DNA from: an uncultured Gemmatimonadales bacterium
GTDB lineage: Bacteria; Gemmatimonadota; Gemmatimonadetes; Gemmatimonadales; GWC2-71-9
Assembly (NCBI GenBank): GCA_963825055.1
Contig: CAWGSK010000018.1
Location: forward strand, 1-64,000
DNA length: 64,000 nucleotides
Direction of reading: 5' to 3'
Part shown: positions 9,337 to 20,197 of the stretch, piece after piece
Layout of the letters: every line of letters starts with the position of its first letter
Position numbering within the stretch: the first letter of the stretch is position 1
Notes under the pieces: generated by a model
The model's database searches: none
Told to the model about the DNA's origin: nothing
What the model saw: the letters and a program-made list of their open reading frames with translations, nothing else
Position numbers and translations under genes: made by a program

Positions 9337-10925
9337 TCGCGGCCGCCCTGGTCGCCCTGGCTGCCGTGGCCCCGGTGGATACGGCCCCCGTGGCGATCAT
9401 ACCGGCGCCGTCCCACCTCGAGCGACGGGACGGCGCATTTGTCGTGGACGCGGGATTGCACGTCGTGCTCGCCGACCTCGGTGGGGAAGAGGCGCACCGC
9501 CTCCGCGAGATGGCCGACAGTATCCTGCGCAATTCGCTGGGCCGGCCGCTCGGGTCCGGCGGATCGGCGAAGGACGCCCTGATTCTCGACCTTGATCGGG
9601 GGGCGGAGGGTCTGGGCACCGAGGGCTACCGCCTCGAGGTTTCGCCTGACGGGATCCGGATCACGGCCGCCGCCGGGGCGGGCCTGTTCTACGGACTCCA
9701 GACCCTGCGGCAACTGTTCCCTCCGCCCGGTTCGGAACCCGGCGGCTGGGCCATTCCTGCCCTGGCCATCGAGGACGTGCCGCGCTTCCCCTGGCGCGGG
9801 CTGCACCTCGATGTTGGCCGCCACTTTTTCCCACCCGAGTTCATCAAGCGGTACATCGACCTGATGGCCCAGTGGAAGCTCAACACCTTCCACTGGCACC
9901 TGACGGAGGACCAGGGCTGGCGTCTCCAGATCAGGAAGTATCCGCGGTTGACCTCCGTCGGGTCGCGCCGCCGGGAGACGGTGCTGGGCCGGAACCTGAA
10001 TCCGTACGTGGGCGACAGTACGCCCTACGGTGGCTTCTACACCCAGGACCAGGTACGCGAGATCGTCGACTACGCGGCGGACCGCTACGTGACCATCGTT
10101 CCCGAGATCGAAATGCCGGGGCACTCACTGGCTGCCCTGGCCGCCTACCCCAGGCTGGCCTGCACCCCGGGCCCCTTCGAGGTCGGCACCACGTGGGGCG
10201 TCTTCGAGGATATCTACTGCCCCTCCGAGGCCACGTTCACATTTCTCGAGAACGTGCTCACGGAGGTCATGGAGCTCTTCCCGTCCACCTTCATCCACAT
10301 CGGAGGCGATGAGGCGCCGAAGGCCCGCTGGAAAAGGAGCCCTCTGGCGCAGCGGATTATCCGGCGGGAAGGCCTCAAGGATGAGCACGAACTGCAGAGC
10401 TGGTTCATCCACCGGATCGACCGGTTCCTGACGGCGCATGGGCGCCGGCTGGTGGGCTGGGACGAGATCCTCGAAGGCGGGCTGGCTCCGGGCGCCACCG
10501 TCATGAGCTGGAGAGGTGTAGCCGGGGGCATCGCCGCGGCGCGCGAGGGGCATGACGTGGTCATGACGCCCACGAGCCATCTCTACTTTGACTACTACCA
10601 GTCGACTCCCGACAGCGAGCCGCTGGCGAATGGCGGGGTCCTGCCCCTGGAGAAGACGTACGGGTTCGAGCCCGTACCGGACAGCCTCACGGCCGAGGAG
10701 GCCGGTCACGTCCTGGGCGCGCAGGGCAACGTGTGGACCGAGTACATCCCCACGCCCGCGCAGGCCGAGTACATGGCCTGGCCCCGCGCCCTCGCGCTGG
10801 CTGAGGTCGTCTGGTCGCCAAAGGAAAGGCGCGACTGGAACGATTTCCGGTCGCGCCTGCCGGTGAGTCTCCGGCTGCTGGAAGCGCAGGGGGTGAATTA
10901 CAGAAGGAGAGTGACTGGTGACTAG
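9333..10925 (+). CDS. Beta-N-acetylhexosaminidase (GH20)
   Basis: WRGLHLDVGRHF, FHWHLTEDQGWR, PEIEMPGH, catalytic HIGGDE, VWTEY. Confidence 0.95.
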   Translation: MIAAALVALAAVAPVDTAPVAIIPAPSHLERRDGAFVVDAGLHVVLADLGGEEAHRLREMADSILRNSLGRPLGSGGSAKDALILDLDRGAEGLGTEGYRLEVSPDGIRITAAAGAGLFYGLQTLRQLFPPPGSEPGGWAIPALAIEDVPRFPWRGLHLDVGRHFFPPEFIKRYIDLMAQWKLNTFHWHLTEDQGWRLQIRKYPRLTSVGSRRRETVLGRNLNPYVGDSTPYGGFYTQDQVREIVDYAADRYVTIVPEIEMPGHSLAALAAYPRLACTPGPFEVGTTWGVFEDIYCPSEATFTFLENVLTEVMELFPSTFIHIGGDEAPKARWKRSPLAQRIIRREGLKDEHELQSWFIHRIDRFLTAHGRRLVGWDEILEGGLAPGATVMSWRGVAGGIAAAREGHDVVMTPTSHLYFDYYQSTPDSEPLANGGVLPLEKTYGFEPVPDSLTAEEAGHVLGAQGNVWTEYIPTPAQAEYMAWPRALALAEVVWSPKERRDWNDFRSRLPVSLRLLEAQGVNYRRRVTGD

Positions 10926-11032
10926 TGACTGGTGACTAGTGCTCAGGGGTTCTTATCAGCATGTGACCAGGTCCGGGTCTTGAAACACCAATCGCCAATC
11001 ACTAGTCACTAGTCACCAGTCACTAGTCACTA
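10911..11032. repeat. Facing heptamer arrays (GTGACTR)n ... (CACYAGT)n between convergent genes
   Basis: gtgactg gtgacta gtgactg gtgacta at 10911-10941 and the reverse-complement run cactagt cactagt caccagt cactagt at ~11000-11032. Confidence 0.85.
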
Positions 11033-12367
11033 CAACGTCCATCCCGTCCTGAACTCCGGCTTCATGTACCAGGCCGGGATCCCGGTGGTCTTCACCTCGC
11101 CCGTGGCCGGGTCCAGGTCGATCGTACGGCCCTCACGCACGGCGAGGCAGCCCAGGAGCACCATCTCCGTGAGTGGCCCGGCGTGGCCGTCGAAGGTGGA
11201 CAGCGCCGGCGGCCCACCCTTGCAGGCATCCAGCCACTCCTGGTACACGCCTTTCGAGCGGGGGTACTTCTCCGCTGGCGGGTTGGCCTTGAGTTCCGCA
11301 TCGCGCTTCGGGTCCAGCAGGCGCGGGTCCTGGCCATAGATGTCGGCGACCAGGGCACCGTCGTCTCCCACCCACATCTGGCCGCCGATCTCGGCAGGTG
11401 GCCAGTCCGCGTCAGCCGGCAGGGAATCGGGTCGCGGCGGCCAGAGGCCCCCGTCCCGCCAGACCACCTTGATCGGCCCCCGTCCGCCCTTCGCGGGGAA
11501 GTCAAAGGTGATCCGGGAGGACTTGGGCGCGGTCTCGTCGTACCGCTTCGTGGTTTCAGGCGTCACCCGGGTCGGGTAGCCCAGGCCGAGCGCCCAGAAG
11601 GCGGCGTCCATGCCATGGCACGCCATGTCGCCCAGGGCGCCGGTGCCGAAGTCCCACCATCCCCGCCACCGGAACGGCGCGTAGGCCGGGGCGTAGGGGC
11701 GCTCGGGTGACGGGCCGAGCCACAGGTCCCATCGCATCCATGGTGGAACGTTGAACGCCTCCAGCGGCCGCTCGATTCCCTGGGGCCAGATGGGGCGGTT
11801 GGTCCAGTAGTGCACCTCCCGCACCGTCCCGATGGCGCCAGCCTCGGTCCACTCGCGGATCTGCCTCGTGCCCTCCATCGTATGGCCCTGATTGCCCATC
11901 TGCGTCATCTGTTTCGGGCGGTTCCGGGCCTCCGCGCGGACGGTGCGCACCTCATGGAGCGTGCGCGCCAATGGCTTCTGGCAGTACACGTGCTTCCCGG
12001 CCTTGAGCGCCGCCATCGTGGCGGCAGCGTGGCAGTGGTCCGGGGTGGAGACGGTGACCGCGTCGATATTGGCGGCTTCCTTCGCAAGCAGCTCCCGGAA
12101 ATCCCGGTACTGCCTTGCCTTGGGATAGGTGCGGAACGCATCCTCCGCCGAGTGCAGGTCGACGTCGCAGAGGGCGTAGATGTTCTCGCCTTCCACCCCA
12201 CGCACGTCATTCCGGCCCATGCCGCCCACGCCGATGCACGCCATGTTCAGCATGTCGCTCGGGGCGCGGTAGCCGCGTCCGAGCACATGGCGCGGCACGA
12301 TGTGGAAGGATGCGACGCCGGCGGCCACAGTCCCCGCGAAATCGCGTCTGCTGATTCCCTTGCTCAT
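11030..12367 (-). CDS. Tat-exported Gfo/Idh/MocA-family oxidoreductase
   Basis: ISRRDF Tat motif; IGVGGMG, STPDHCH, YCQKPL, QMGNQ, WRGWWDFGTGALGDMACH. Confidence 0.92.
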   Translation of the reverse strand: MSKGISRRDFAGTVAAGVASFHIVPRHVLGRGYRAPSDMLNMACIGVGGMGRNDVRGVEGENIYALCDVDLHSAEDAFRTYPKARQYRDFRELLAKEAANIDAVTVSTPDHCHAAATMAALKAGKHVYCQKPLARTLHEVRTVRAEARNRPKQMTQMGNQGHTMEGTRQIREWTEAGAIGTVREVHYWTNRPIWPQGIERPLEAFNVPPWMRWDLWLGPSPERPYAPAYAPFRWRGWWDFGTGALGDMACHGMDAAFWALGLGYPTRVTPETTKRYDETAPKSSRITFDFPAKGGRGPIKVVWRDGGLWPPRPDSLPADADWPPAEIGGQMWVGDDGALVADIYGQDPRLLDPKRDAELKANPPAEKYPRSKGVYQEWLDACKGGPPALSTFDGHAGPLTEMVLLGCLAVREGRTIDLDPATGEVKTTGIPAWYMKPEFRTGWTL

Positions 12368-12386
12368 CAGGTCCTCCGGGAAGGGT

Positions 12387-13610
12387 TCAGGCGGTAACCC
12401 GCCGGGCAGGGCGGAAGATGAAGGCGAAAACGATCATGATGGCGAACGCCCCGAGCGCCGGCACGAGCCAGATCCCATGCCAGTCATGGGAGCCGTCGGG
12501 GCGGATATTGGCGTCCACGACGATGCCCGACACAAAAGCGCCGATGAAGTATCCGAGGCCATTCGTGACGAAGTTCAGGAGCCCCTGCGCCGCCGCCCGG
12601 ATCCTCGGCCCTGCGATTTCATCCGTGTAGATCTGTCCACTCACGAAGAAGAAGTCGTAGCAGACCCCATGCAGCAGGATGCCGGCGTAGATCAGCCACA
12701 TTCCCGGCCCGGCATTGCCCGCTCCGAACGCCAGGTAGCGCAGCCCCCAGGCGGCCATCCCCACCAGCATGATCACCTTGATGCCGTAGCGCCGGAGCAG
12801 GAACGGAAGGAACAGCATAAAGGCGATTTCCGACATCTGGCCGAACGTCTGGATGAAGGCCGGTTCGGGCACCCCGATCTCATTGAGGAACGGGTTGGCG
12901 AATGTGTAGTAGAACTGGAGCGGAATGCAGAGCAGGAACGAACCGATCACGAACACGAGGAATGAGCGGTTGCGGAGCAGCGCCAGCGCGTCGAGCCCCA
13001 GGGCGTCACGCACGTTGAACGCGGTGCCCGCCGCCCTGGGTGGCGTATGCGGGAGGGCGAGACTGTAGAGGCCCAGGACGATGGACGCGCCCGCCGCCAC
13101 CCGCATCGGCAGCGCGAGCGCATCCGCATGGAGGACCTTTCCGATCACGATCCCCGCCACGATCCAGCCGATGGTGCCCAGCACCCGGATCAGCGGGAAT
13201 TCCTTCGCGGGGTCCTTCACGTGATGGAAGGAGATCGAGTTCGTCAGGGACAGCGTTGGCATGTACGCCAGCGCATACAGGATCAGGACCGGGTAGAACG
13301 TCCCGAACGTGGTGAGGGTGGAGGCGTACCAGAGAACCGCGCCACCGAAGAGATGCAGGGCAGCCAGCAGCTTCTCGGTGGCCATGTAGCGGTCGGCCAC
13401 GATGCCGATGAAGAATGGCGAGACCAGGGCCGCGATGGCCGTCGCGCCGTAGGCCAGGCCCACCTGGGCGCCGGTGAAGCCGAGTGTCTGGCTCAGGTAG
13501 GTGCCCATGGTGACAAACCACGCGCCCCACACGAAGTACTGCAGGAACATCATGGCGGAGAGCCGGAAGCGTGCGCCGCCCTCGGGCTCGGGCATCGCGG
13601 CGGCGCTCAC
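12387..13610 (-). CDS. MFS permease (nucleoside:H+ symporter NupG-like)
   Basis: [41 protein letters not shown]; 12 TM pattern. Confidence 0.9.
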   Translation of the reverse strand: MSAAAMPEPEGGARFRLSAMMFLQYFVWGAWFVTMGTYLSQTLGFTGAQVGLAYGATAIAALVSPFFIGIVADRYMATEKLLAALHLFGGAVLWYASTLTTFGTFYPVLILYALAYMPTLSLTNSISFHHVKDPAKEFPLIRVLGTIGWIVAGIVIGKVLHADALALPMRVAAGASIVLGLYSLALPHTPPRAAGTAFNVRDALGLDALALLRNRSFLVFVIGSFLLCIPLQFYYTFANPFLNEIGVPEPAFIQTFGQMSEIAFMLFLPFLLRRYGIKVIMLVGMAAWGLRYLAFGAGNAGPGMWLIYAGILLHGVCYDFFFVSGQIYTDEIAGPRIRAAAQGLLNFVTNGLGYFIGAFVSGIVVDANIRPDGSHDWHGIWLVPALGAFAIMIVFAFIFRPARRVTA

Positions 13611-14347
13611 GGCAGGACCTTGATACGGATGTCCCGGTAGGCCACCCGGTCACCGTGGTCCTGGAGGGCGATATGCCCCGAGGCGGCCCGGCCGTACCCC
13701 TTCCACTGGTCGAACTTGCTCTGCTTCACCTTTCCTTCCCACTCGGGGCTGCCCAGTTCGTACTCGGCGATCTTCTGCCCGTTGAGCCAGTGCTCCACGT
13801 GGTTTCCCTGTACCACGATGCGGGCGTCATTCCATTCGCCGGCAGGCTTGACCACGCCCTCGGGGGCGGGATACAGGCCGTACACGGATCCGGCGCTGGT
13901 CAGCCGGGAGGCTCCGTCCGGGTGCCCGGCATCGTCCAGGACCTGCATCTCCGGGCCGGTGCGGTAGGTCGCGCTGTCCGCCTCGGTCACCCGGTACATG
14001 ATGCCGCTGTTTCCCTTCGGCGAGATCATCCATTCCAGACGGAGGTCGAAGTTGGCGAACTCGTCCTTCGTGATGATATCCGCCCCCGGGCCGACCCGGG
14101 TAAGCGCACCGTCCACCGCCTGCCAGCCTGAGGGCAGCGAGTCCATCTGGAATCCGCGCCACTGGCTAATGTCCGCGCCGTTGAAGAGCAGGCGCCAGCC
14201 GTCGGCACGCTGGTCGGCAGTGAGCGTGTTGGGTGGTGGGGGGGATGTTTCCGGCATGCCATTGTCCCCGTTGGAGTTCGCGCCGCCGCCGCAGGCGGCA
14301 AGCAGGCAGGCAAGGAACACGCTCGAGCGGAAGATGGATTGGGCCAT
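13607..14347 (-). CDS. DUF1080 (3-keto-glycoside hydrolase/lyase) lipoprotein
   Basis: LLAAC lipobox; [40 protein letters not shown]. Confidence 0.9.
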   Translation of the reverse strand: MAQSIFRSSVFLACLLAACGGGANSNGDNGMPETSPPPPNTLTADQRADGWRLLFNGADISQWRGFQMDSLPSGWQAVDGALTRVGPGADIITKDEFANFDLRLEWMISPKGNSGIMYRVTEADSATYRTGPEMQVLDDAGHPDGASRLTSAGSVYGLYPAPEGVVKPAGEWNDARIVVQGNHVEHWLNGQKIAEYELGSPEWEGKVKQSKFDQWKGYGRAASGHIALQDHGDRVAYRDIRIKVLP

Positions 14348-14482
14348 GGCTGGACCTGGCGTATGTGGGGGGAGCAGGCCCGGACGAGCCGGGCCGGATG
14401 GGTGCAGCAAGTTTACGCGATTTTTCCCGGGGATGCTACTCGGTCCCGCCAGCGGCGCAGGCCGGCAGGTGTAAGGAGGGCT

Positions 14483-15889
14483 TCACGGGGTGAGGCCTCC
14501 CGCGAGATCCTTCACCAGCCGGTAGAGGAACTCCCGCCCATCGTGGAATGCCTCCACGCCCATCCGCTCGTCACGGCCGTGGATCCTGACATCATCGACG
14601 TCCTCGAAGAGCCCGGAGACCCCGTAGGTCGGGATGCCGGCGTTCCGGAAATAGAGACCATCAGTCGCCCCGGTCACCATCACGGGCACAACCGGTACCC
14701 CCGGCCAGGCACGACGGGTTTCACCCTCCACGGCGCCCAGGAGCTCCGGCGTGAGCGGCGACGGTTCGCTTGACTTGAACTCCCCGAGTGGCGTAACGGC
14801 GATGCCGGTGTCGGCCACCACGCCGATCAGGGTCCGGCGGACTTCAGCCTCGGCCTCCCCAGGAATGACCCGGCAGTTCACGGTCGCCCTGGCCATCTGC
14901 GGGAGGGCATTCTCGGCGTGGCCGCCCTGCAGCATGGTGGCAACGCAGGTCGTGCGAAGCTGCGCGTTGAAGTATGGATCCCTGCTGAGCGTAGCGGCCG
15001 CAGACCGGCTGGAGGGATCCCGCGCTATCGCACGCATTGCCGCCGCCACCGTGTCATCCCCGAGCGCGGCCATCTTCGCAAAGAACGCCCGGGTGGTCTC
15101 GGTCAGGTGGACCGGGAAGGTATGTCCCGCGATGCGCGTCAGGGCCGCCGCGAGACGGTTAATCGCGTTATCCGGCCGCGGGATGGAGCTGTGGCCGCCC
15201 GCATTGTGGATCTCGAGCGCGTAGGTCTGGTAGACCTTCTCGCTGGTCTGTATCTCGTTCAGGATGCGCCGGCCATCCCGCATCTGGCCCCCGCCGCCTT
15301 CGTTGAGGACGAAGGCCGCCTCAACCAGGTCGCGGTGCTCCCGCAGCAGCCAGTCCACCCCGTTGTAGTCCCCGCCTTCCTCGTCCGCGGTCAGAGCCAC
15401 GATGATGTCGCGGTCGGGGAGGAACCCCTCGCGCCGGTACCGGATGAGGTTGGCGATCCAGATCGCGGCCATGGCCTTGTCGTCGGATGTGCCCCGTCCG
15501 TAGTACCACCCGTCCCGCTCGAGGAAGGCGAAGGGTGGCACCGACCAGTCGGACGGGTTGGCTTCCACCACGTCGATGTGGGCCAGCAGCAGGATCGGCG
15601 GACGCTGCCCCGTTCCGCGGTAGCGGGCGACCAGGTTCCCCTTTCGCTCATGCGGCACGAGGACCCGGACGTCGGAGTCGGGAAAGCCCGCCGCCCTGAG
15701 CCGGGCCGCCATCGCCTCCGCCGCCCGGGTGTTGTCCCCTTCGGAGTTCGTCGTGTTGATCTCCACCAGCTCGCGGTAGATCTCCCGTGCGGCGCTGCTG
15801 TCGGCCGCGGATGCGGAGGACTGGGCCATGGCGACGGCCGGCAGGGAGACCATGAGGCTGGCGAACAGGAAAGAAGCCCGGCGGTGCAT
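14483..15889 (-). CDS. M20/M25/M40-family metallo-hydrolase
   Basis: Signal peptide; LLAHIDVV, GRGTSDDK, ADEE, NEGG, GHSS, GATDG, IHGRDER. Confidence 0.9.
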   Translation of the reverse strand: MHRRASFLFASLMVSLPAVAMAQSSASAADSSAAREIYRELVEINTTNSEGDNTRAAEAMAARLRAAGFPDSDVRVLVPHERKGNLVARYRGTGQRPPILLLAHIDVVEANPSDWSVPPFAFLERDGWYYGRGTSDDKAMAAIWIANLIRYRREGFLPDRDIIVALTADEEGGDYNGVDWLLREHRDLVEAAFVLNEGGGGQMRDGRRILNEIQTSEKVYQTYALEIHNAGGHSSIPRPDNAINRLAAALTRIAGHTFPVHLTETTRAFFAKMAALGDDTVAAAMRAIARDPSSRSAAATLSRDPYFNAQLRTTCVATMLQGGHAENALPQMARATVNCRVIPGEAEAEVRRTLIGVVADTGIAVTPLGEFKSSEPSPLTPELLGAVEGETRRAWPGVPVVPVMVTGATDGLYFRNAGIPTYGVSGLFEDVDDVRIHGRDERMGVEAFHDGREFLYRLVKDLAGGLTP

Positions 15890-16009
15890 GCAGGTATCCG
15901 TGATTGCGGAAATGGCGGGTTCGAAGCCCTCAAGGCTACCCTGCGCCGCGGGGACGCGCAACGTGTCCCGTGGCCCATGTAGGTTTGTCCCCATGATCGA
16001 GCGCCAATC

Positions 16010-17176
16010 ATGCAGGTGGTGATCTGCGGAGGTGGCATCGCCGGCCTGACGCTGGCCTGGTGGCTCAACCGGGCCGGCTGTGAGGTCACGATCGTGGAGC
16101 AGGCCGCCGGCCCCCGCGATGCCAGCTATATGATCGACTTCTTCGGGCCGGGGTGGGAGGTTGCCAGCCGCATGGGACTTGTCCCCTCGCTGGAGAGGGC
16201 CAGGTATGTGATTCCCCGGATTACATACGTGAATGGCAGCGGCAGGCGGACATCCGGTATCAACTACGAGCGCCTCCGTCATCTCCTCGCAGGTCGGCTG
16301 GTCAACCTGATGCGGGGGGAACTCGAGCGGATCCTGCTCGACCACCTTCCGGAATCGGTCGCGATCACCTACGGGGCCACGGTGCGTGCCTTCACCGCCA
16401 CGCCGGCGCGGGTCGAGGTCAATATCAGTGACGGGCGGACCCTGGCCGCGGACCTTCTGGTCGGCGCCGACGGGATTCATTCCCGCGTACGGAAACTCGC
16501 CTTCGGCGCGGAGAGCCGCTACCTCCGCCCGCTGGGTTACCATACCGCCGCCTACCTCTTCCGGGACGACGCCCTCCGTGACCGCCTCGGCGGGGATTTC
16601 GTCAACCTCTCGGTCCCAAACCGTACCGCCGGCTTCTATCCGGTTCGAGAGCAGCGGATCGCATCGTTCTTCGTCCATGCCGCCGACGGCCCGCCCCCCG
16701 GCGACCCGTGTGCCAGGCTCCGCGAGATGTACGGTGACCTGGGCTGGCTTGTGGACGGGGCCCTCGAGCGCTGTCCGGTGGACGGGGTGTACTGCGATGC
16801 CGTAGCCCAGGTCGAGATGCCGCGGTGGAGCCGGGGCAGGGTCACGCTCGTTGGCGACGCCTGCGGCGCGGCTTCGCTTCTCGCAGGGCAGGGGGCTTCA
16901 CTGGCCATGGCCGGGGCCTGGGCACTCGCTCTGGAACTCACCGCCCCGGATGGAGTCGACGCGGCGCTGGCGCGCTACGAAGCCAGGGTGCGACCGGTCG
17001 TGGAACGTGCCCAGGATTCCGGGCGCAGGAACGCCCGGTGGGTCGTACCTTCCGGTCGAGTGCGGATTCTGGCCCGCGACGCCGTCCTGAAACTCTCAGG
17101 GCTCCCGGGCCTGGCCGGACTGCTGAAGCCCATCGTGTCCCGTGGCGGAGAAGACCTCTTCGCGGATTCGGACTGA
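16010..17176 (+). CDS. FAD-dependent monooxygenase
   Basis: [29 protein letters not shown]...LAGQGASLA. Confidence 0.88.
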   Translation: MQVVICGGGIAGLTLAWWLNRAGCEVTIVEQAAGPRDASYMIDFFGPGWEVASRMGLVPSLERARYVIPRITYVNGSGRRTSGINYERLRHLLAGRLVNLMRGELERILLDHLPESVAITYGATVRAFTATPARVEVNISDGRTLAADLLVGADGIHSRVRKLAFGAESRYLRPLGYHTAAYLFRDDALRDRLGGDFVNLSVPNRTAGFYPVREQRIASFFVHAADGPPPGDPCARLREMYGDLGWLVDGALERCPVDGVYCDAVAQVEMPRWSRGRVTLVGDACGAASLLAGQGASLAMAGAWALALELTAPDGVDAALARYEARVRPVVERAQDSGRRNARWVVPSGRVRILARDAVLKLSGLPGLAGLLKPIVSRGGEDLFADSD

Positions 17177-17182
17177 CCCTGG

Positions 17183-17260
17183 TGCCGACTGCCGATTGCC
17201 TACTGCCGATTGCCGATTGCCGACTGCCGATTGCCTACTGCCGATTGCCTATTGCCTACT
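17183..17260. repeat. Heptamer tandem array (GCCKAYT)n, about 11 units
   Basis: gccgact gccgatt gcctact gccgatt ... gcctatt gcctact directly after the monooxygenase stop. Confidence 0.88.
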
Positions 17261-17425
17261 CCCTTCTCCCAAGTCCACCAGGCGCCCTCCCCTCGCACTG
17301 ATTCAGCCCCCATGCGCGTAAATCGTTACCCAACAGGGTGTTGATCAAGATTTTACCTCCCCATGCGAACGTCGTTTCAGCCAGCTGGCATCTGGAACTC
17401 ATTTCGTCTCTCGCAGGGGATCACA

Positions 17426-18640
17426 ATGCGACTCACCATTCTTGCGCTGGCGGTTGCCGGCGCGCTGCTGGCTGCCTGCACGGACTCCACGTCCCCGCCG
17501 GCGAACGCCGGCGAAGCCCGGCCAGGGTCAATGGCCGGCCATCACGCCTCGTTCGTAAGCGTTCGTGGCCTGGCCGTACCTTCCGCGGCTGCGCACCAGG
17601 TACAGCGCCGCGTCGTCAAGGCTCTTGCAACCGCCCTCGGCGCTGCCGCCCTGCGTCAGGGCATTCATGCCAGGCTCGGGGCTTCCACCATGCCCGAGCA
17701 CAAGCTGCACTTCCGGGACCTTCTTCAGGACGGGACGCTTGGGCTCGGCCCGGCCTTGGCCCGCGCCTTCCATGGGACGCCGGCGCAACTGCTGGCCGCC
17801 CTGGACAGCCTGGTCGACTTCGAGCTCTATCTCCCCGTGCCGGCCCATCGCCAGCAGTGGACGGGCGATGCGTCGCTGATCATCGCGAGCATGCTCCACG
17901 AGGATGAGGACCCGATAGCCTACAACCTCGACGGACAGCGCCTGAAGGACCTCTCGCGCACAGCCCCACCAGGAACGCCGGTCCTGATTCTGGCTCCCGT
18001 CGAGCAGTCGTTCAGAGTCCCCGCCGCTGGTCCTTCCCTTGCGACCTGCGGCGACGATTGCCAACCTCCCTGTCAGGGAGAAAGTTGTGGCGGGACCTCT
18101 GACGGGGGGGACGGTGACGTGGGCGGCGTTCCCGGCGGGATTCTCCGGCTCGAGGGAATCAAGATCGACGATGACCACGAGCCCTGGACATCGGGCAGCC
18201 CGGAATTCGCGGTCTGGGTGTGGGCGGCCGCACCGGATGGCAGCCCGCTCCTGGAGCAGATCCAGCATCCCGATGTCGACTTCTACTCCCTGGTCGACGT
18301 GGCGGTTGCGGCGGACTGTATCGGACAGTATTACCCGAAGTCCTCCGAGAAGTACTGGGATCTGAACAATGAGAGTTGGTGGACGGCGCCCTACCCTCAG
18401 CCGGTCATCTTCCGTAACGACGATCCCGCGAAGAACGCGCAGTACCGCTGGGACCTGGTGGTGGTGGAGAATGACGATCCGGGCCGGTGCCCGGAGGCCT
18501 TGCCGACCATCGGTAATCCCAATCCACTGGATAACGATGACGACCTGGTCGGACGGATGACCCTGCCGGGAGGCCTCGGCCCGCTTGATGTATCAAACAT
18601 GGGCGATGTGGGCCGGATCGTCCTGCGCTACGGCAACTGA
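17426..18640 (+). CDS. Lipoprotein, DUF3103-like (uncharacterised)
   Basis: LLAAC lipobox; IAYNLDG...L....P..PVLIL and IKIDDDHEPWTSGSPEF resemble DUF3103 motifs from memory. Confidence 0.55.
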   Translation: MRLTILALAVAGALLAACTDSTSPPANAGEARPGSMAGHHASFVSVRGLAVPSAAAHQVQRRVVKALATALGAAALRQGIHARLGASTMPEHKLHFRDLLQDGTLGLGPALARAFHGTPAQLLAALDSLVDFELYLPVPAHRQQWTGDASLIIASMLHEDEDPIAYNLDGQRLKDLSRTAPPGTPVLILAPVEQSFRVPAAGPSLATCGDDCQPPCQGESCGGTSDGGDGDVGGVPGGILRLEGIKIDDDHEPWTSGSPEFAVWVWAAAPDGSPLLEQIQHPDVDFYSLVDVAVAADCIGQYYPKSSEKYWDLNNESWWTAPYPQPVIFRNDDPAKNAQYRWDLVVVENDDPGRCPEALPTIGNPNPLDNDDDLVGRMTLPGGLGPLDVSNMGDVGRIVLRYGN

Positions 18641-18664
18641 CCACTCTTGAGGGTGGAGGGACGG

Positions 18665-19237
18665 ATGACCCGAACCATGATTTGCGGAATGCTCGCCCTG
18701 GCGCTCGCCGCCATCCCGAACACGGCCGCGGCCCAGTCAACCATGCCCGAAGGGCCCTGGCAGGCGGAACTGTCCGCCTCCCTGGGCTCGGTTGCCGATG
18801 GTTGTGAGGGTTGTCCCCCCTTCCGACTGGGCCCCTTCGACGGCCTGGCACTGCGGGCCGGATTGAGTCGCGCGGCGACGTCCCGGGTCCGCCTGGGAGT
18901 GGAGGGGATGTGGTGGGAGGGAGAAGAACAGGGGGTGAGCCGAAGGCTCACCCTGGCCGGCGCCTCCGTGGCATGGTTCCCGTTCGCGCGGGGATTCCGC
19001 CTCGATGGCGGCATTTCGTGGTTCCATTATCGCGAGAGCGATTTGCGGGCGAACGGTGTGACGTTCCAGGCCGGGGTGTCCTGGGAACTTGCGCTGACCC
19101 GCGCGCTCCATGCCGGGCCATTCGTCCGCTACTTCCGGAGTGCCGGGGGGGGCGCATCGGTCGACGGCAAGGAGATCGACCTGACGTTCAGCCCCCGGAT
19201 GCTGGATGCGGGGGTCCGGATTGCGGTCGGGTTCTGA
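18665..19237 (+). CDS. Small outer-membrane beta-barrel protein
   Basis: Signal peptide, alternating amphipathic strands, C-terminal GVRIAVGF. Confidence 0.65.
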   Translation: MTRTMICGMLALALAAIPNTAAAQSTMPEGPWQAELSASLGSVADGCEGCPPFRLGPFDGLALRAGLSRAATSRVRLGVEGMWWEGEEQGVSRRLTLAGASVAWFPFARGFRLDGGISWFHYRESDLRANGVTFQAGVSWELALTRALHAGPFVRYFRSAGGGASVDGKEIDLTFSPRMLDAGVRIAVGF

Positions 19238-19245
19238 AAGGCCTC

Positions 19246-20118
19246 CTACCGCCGCCGCAGCCAGTCCTGCCAGAGGTCCTTGAGGGACATGATGTCCGGC
19301 GGACGCACGCCCGCGGCGGCGAGGGCCGGTTCGGGATTCATGCCCGGTCGCAGTGTCCGGAGCAACTCCGGGGTTACCCGGTGCCCGGCGTGCTCTGACA
19401 GGAAGTCCAGCACGGCGGAGGCCTCCATCTGGAGGAGGACCGGGCGGGCCAGCCGGCCACGATCACGAGGTGGCCCCCCCCTTGCCCCGACCGGCCTTTC
19501 CCCGGGTGTCCACGCGGGAAAGGCGGTGGGTGGGGCATAGAACAGCGAATCGAGGGGCAGCAACTCGTCCTTCCTGTCGCGCAGGCGGGAGGGGCCTGCC
19601 CCACTGAACGCGGCGGATGAAACCGTTCCTGAAATTCCCGCCATCAGCCACGGCGGGATGGAGTCGGCCAGTTCGCCCAGCCACGTGCTCACCAGCCCGG
19701 GCGGCAGCGCACCGCGGGGCGCGAACATGCCCCGACGGCGGCCACGATCTTCCGTCCGGAAGACCAGCAGAACAGGCCGGGCCGACGTGTCCGCGAACGC
19801 GACGGAAGGAAGACTGTCGGGCCCGCTCCCTATGACGAGCGTAACCGGGCGGGGAAGAAGCCCGGTCTCGTACTCGAACAGCTGGAGGGCTCGCTCCAGG
19901 TCCTCCTTGACGTCGGCTAGGCGCATCCGATCACGGGCAATCGCAGTATAGGCGGCCGTGCGTTCCACCCACGCGGTGTCCGTGCCGGCGATTTGACGTT
20001 CCCCCACGTCCGGCGGGATCGGGGCGAAGATGTCTTCGTGACTGCCGAAATGGGAGCAGCCCAGGGCTGCAGGGATGAGGGCCGGGAGCAGGAGGCGGAG
20101 GTTCCAGCGGGGCGTCAT
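19246..20118 (-). CDS. Hypothetical lipoprotein
   Basis: ALGC lipobox after hydrophobic stretch; RBS-like GAAAGG upstream. Confidence 0.6.
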   Translation of the reverse strand: MTPRWNLRLLLPALIPAALGCSHFGSHEDIFAPIPPDVGERQIAGTDTAWVERTAAYTAIARDRMRLADVKEDLERALQLFEYETGLLPRPVTLVIGSGPDSLPSVAFADTSARPVLLVFRTEDRGRRRGMFAPRGALPPGLVSTWLGELADSIPPWLMAGISGTVSSAAFSGAGPSRLRDRKDELLPLDSLFYAPPTAFPAWTPGERPVGARGGPPRDRGRLARPVLLQMEASAVLDFLSEHAGHRVTPELLRTLRPGMNPEPALAAAGVRPPDIMSLKDLWQDWLRRR

Positions 20119-20197
20119 CGGTGGCCTTTCTCGGGATACGGGCATCAGGGGGTGTTTTACCGGGGGACGAAAACGCGCGGCTGCCTCGCACCGCGGG

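Noticed and set aside
10911..11032. Short repeats as a possible CRISPR array
   Set aside because: Units are 7-8 bp tandem with no unique spacers and no cas genes; the same applies to the other arrays.
15890..16678. N-terminal extension making the M20 ORF 731 aa
   Set aside because: Overlaps the divergent monooxygenase; a signal peptide begins at 15889.
19246..20118. Peptidase-MA-like PxWL..G motif in the lipoprotein
   Set aside because: No HEXXH motif; too weak to call a peptidase.
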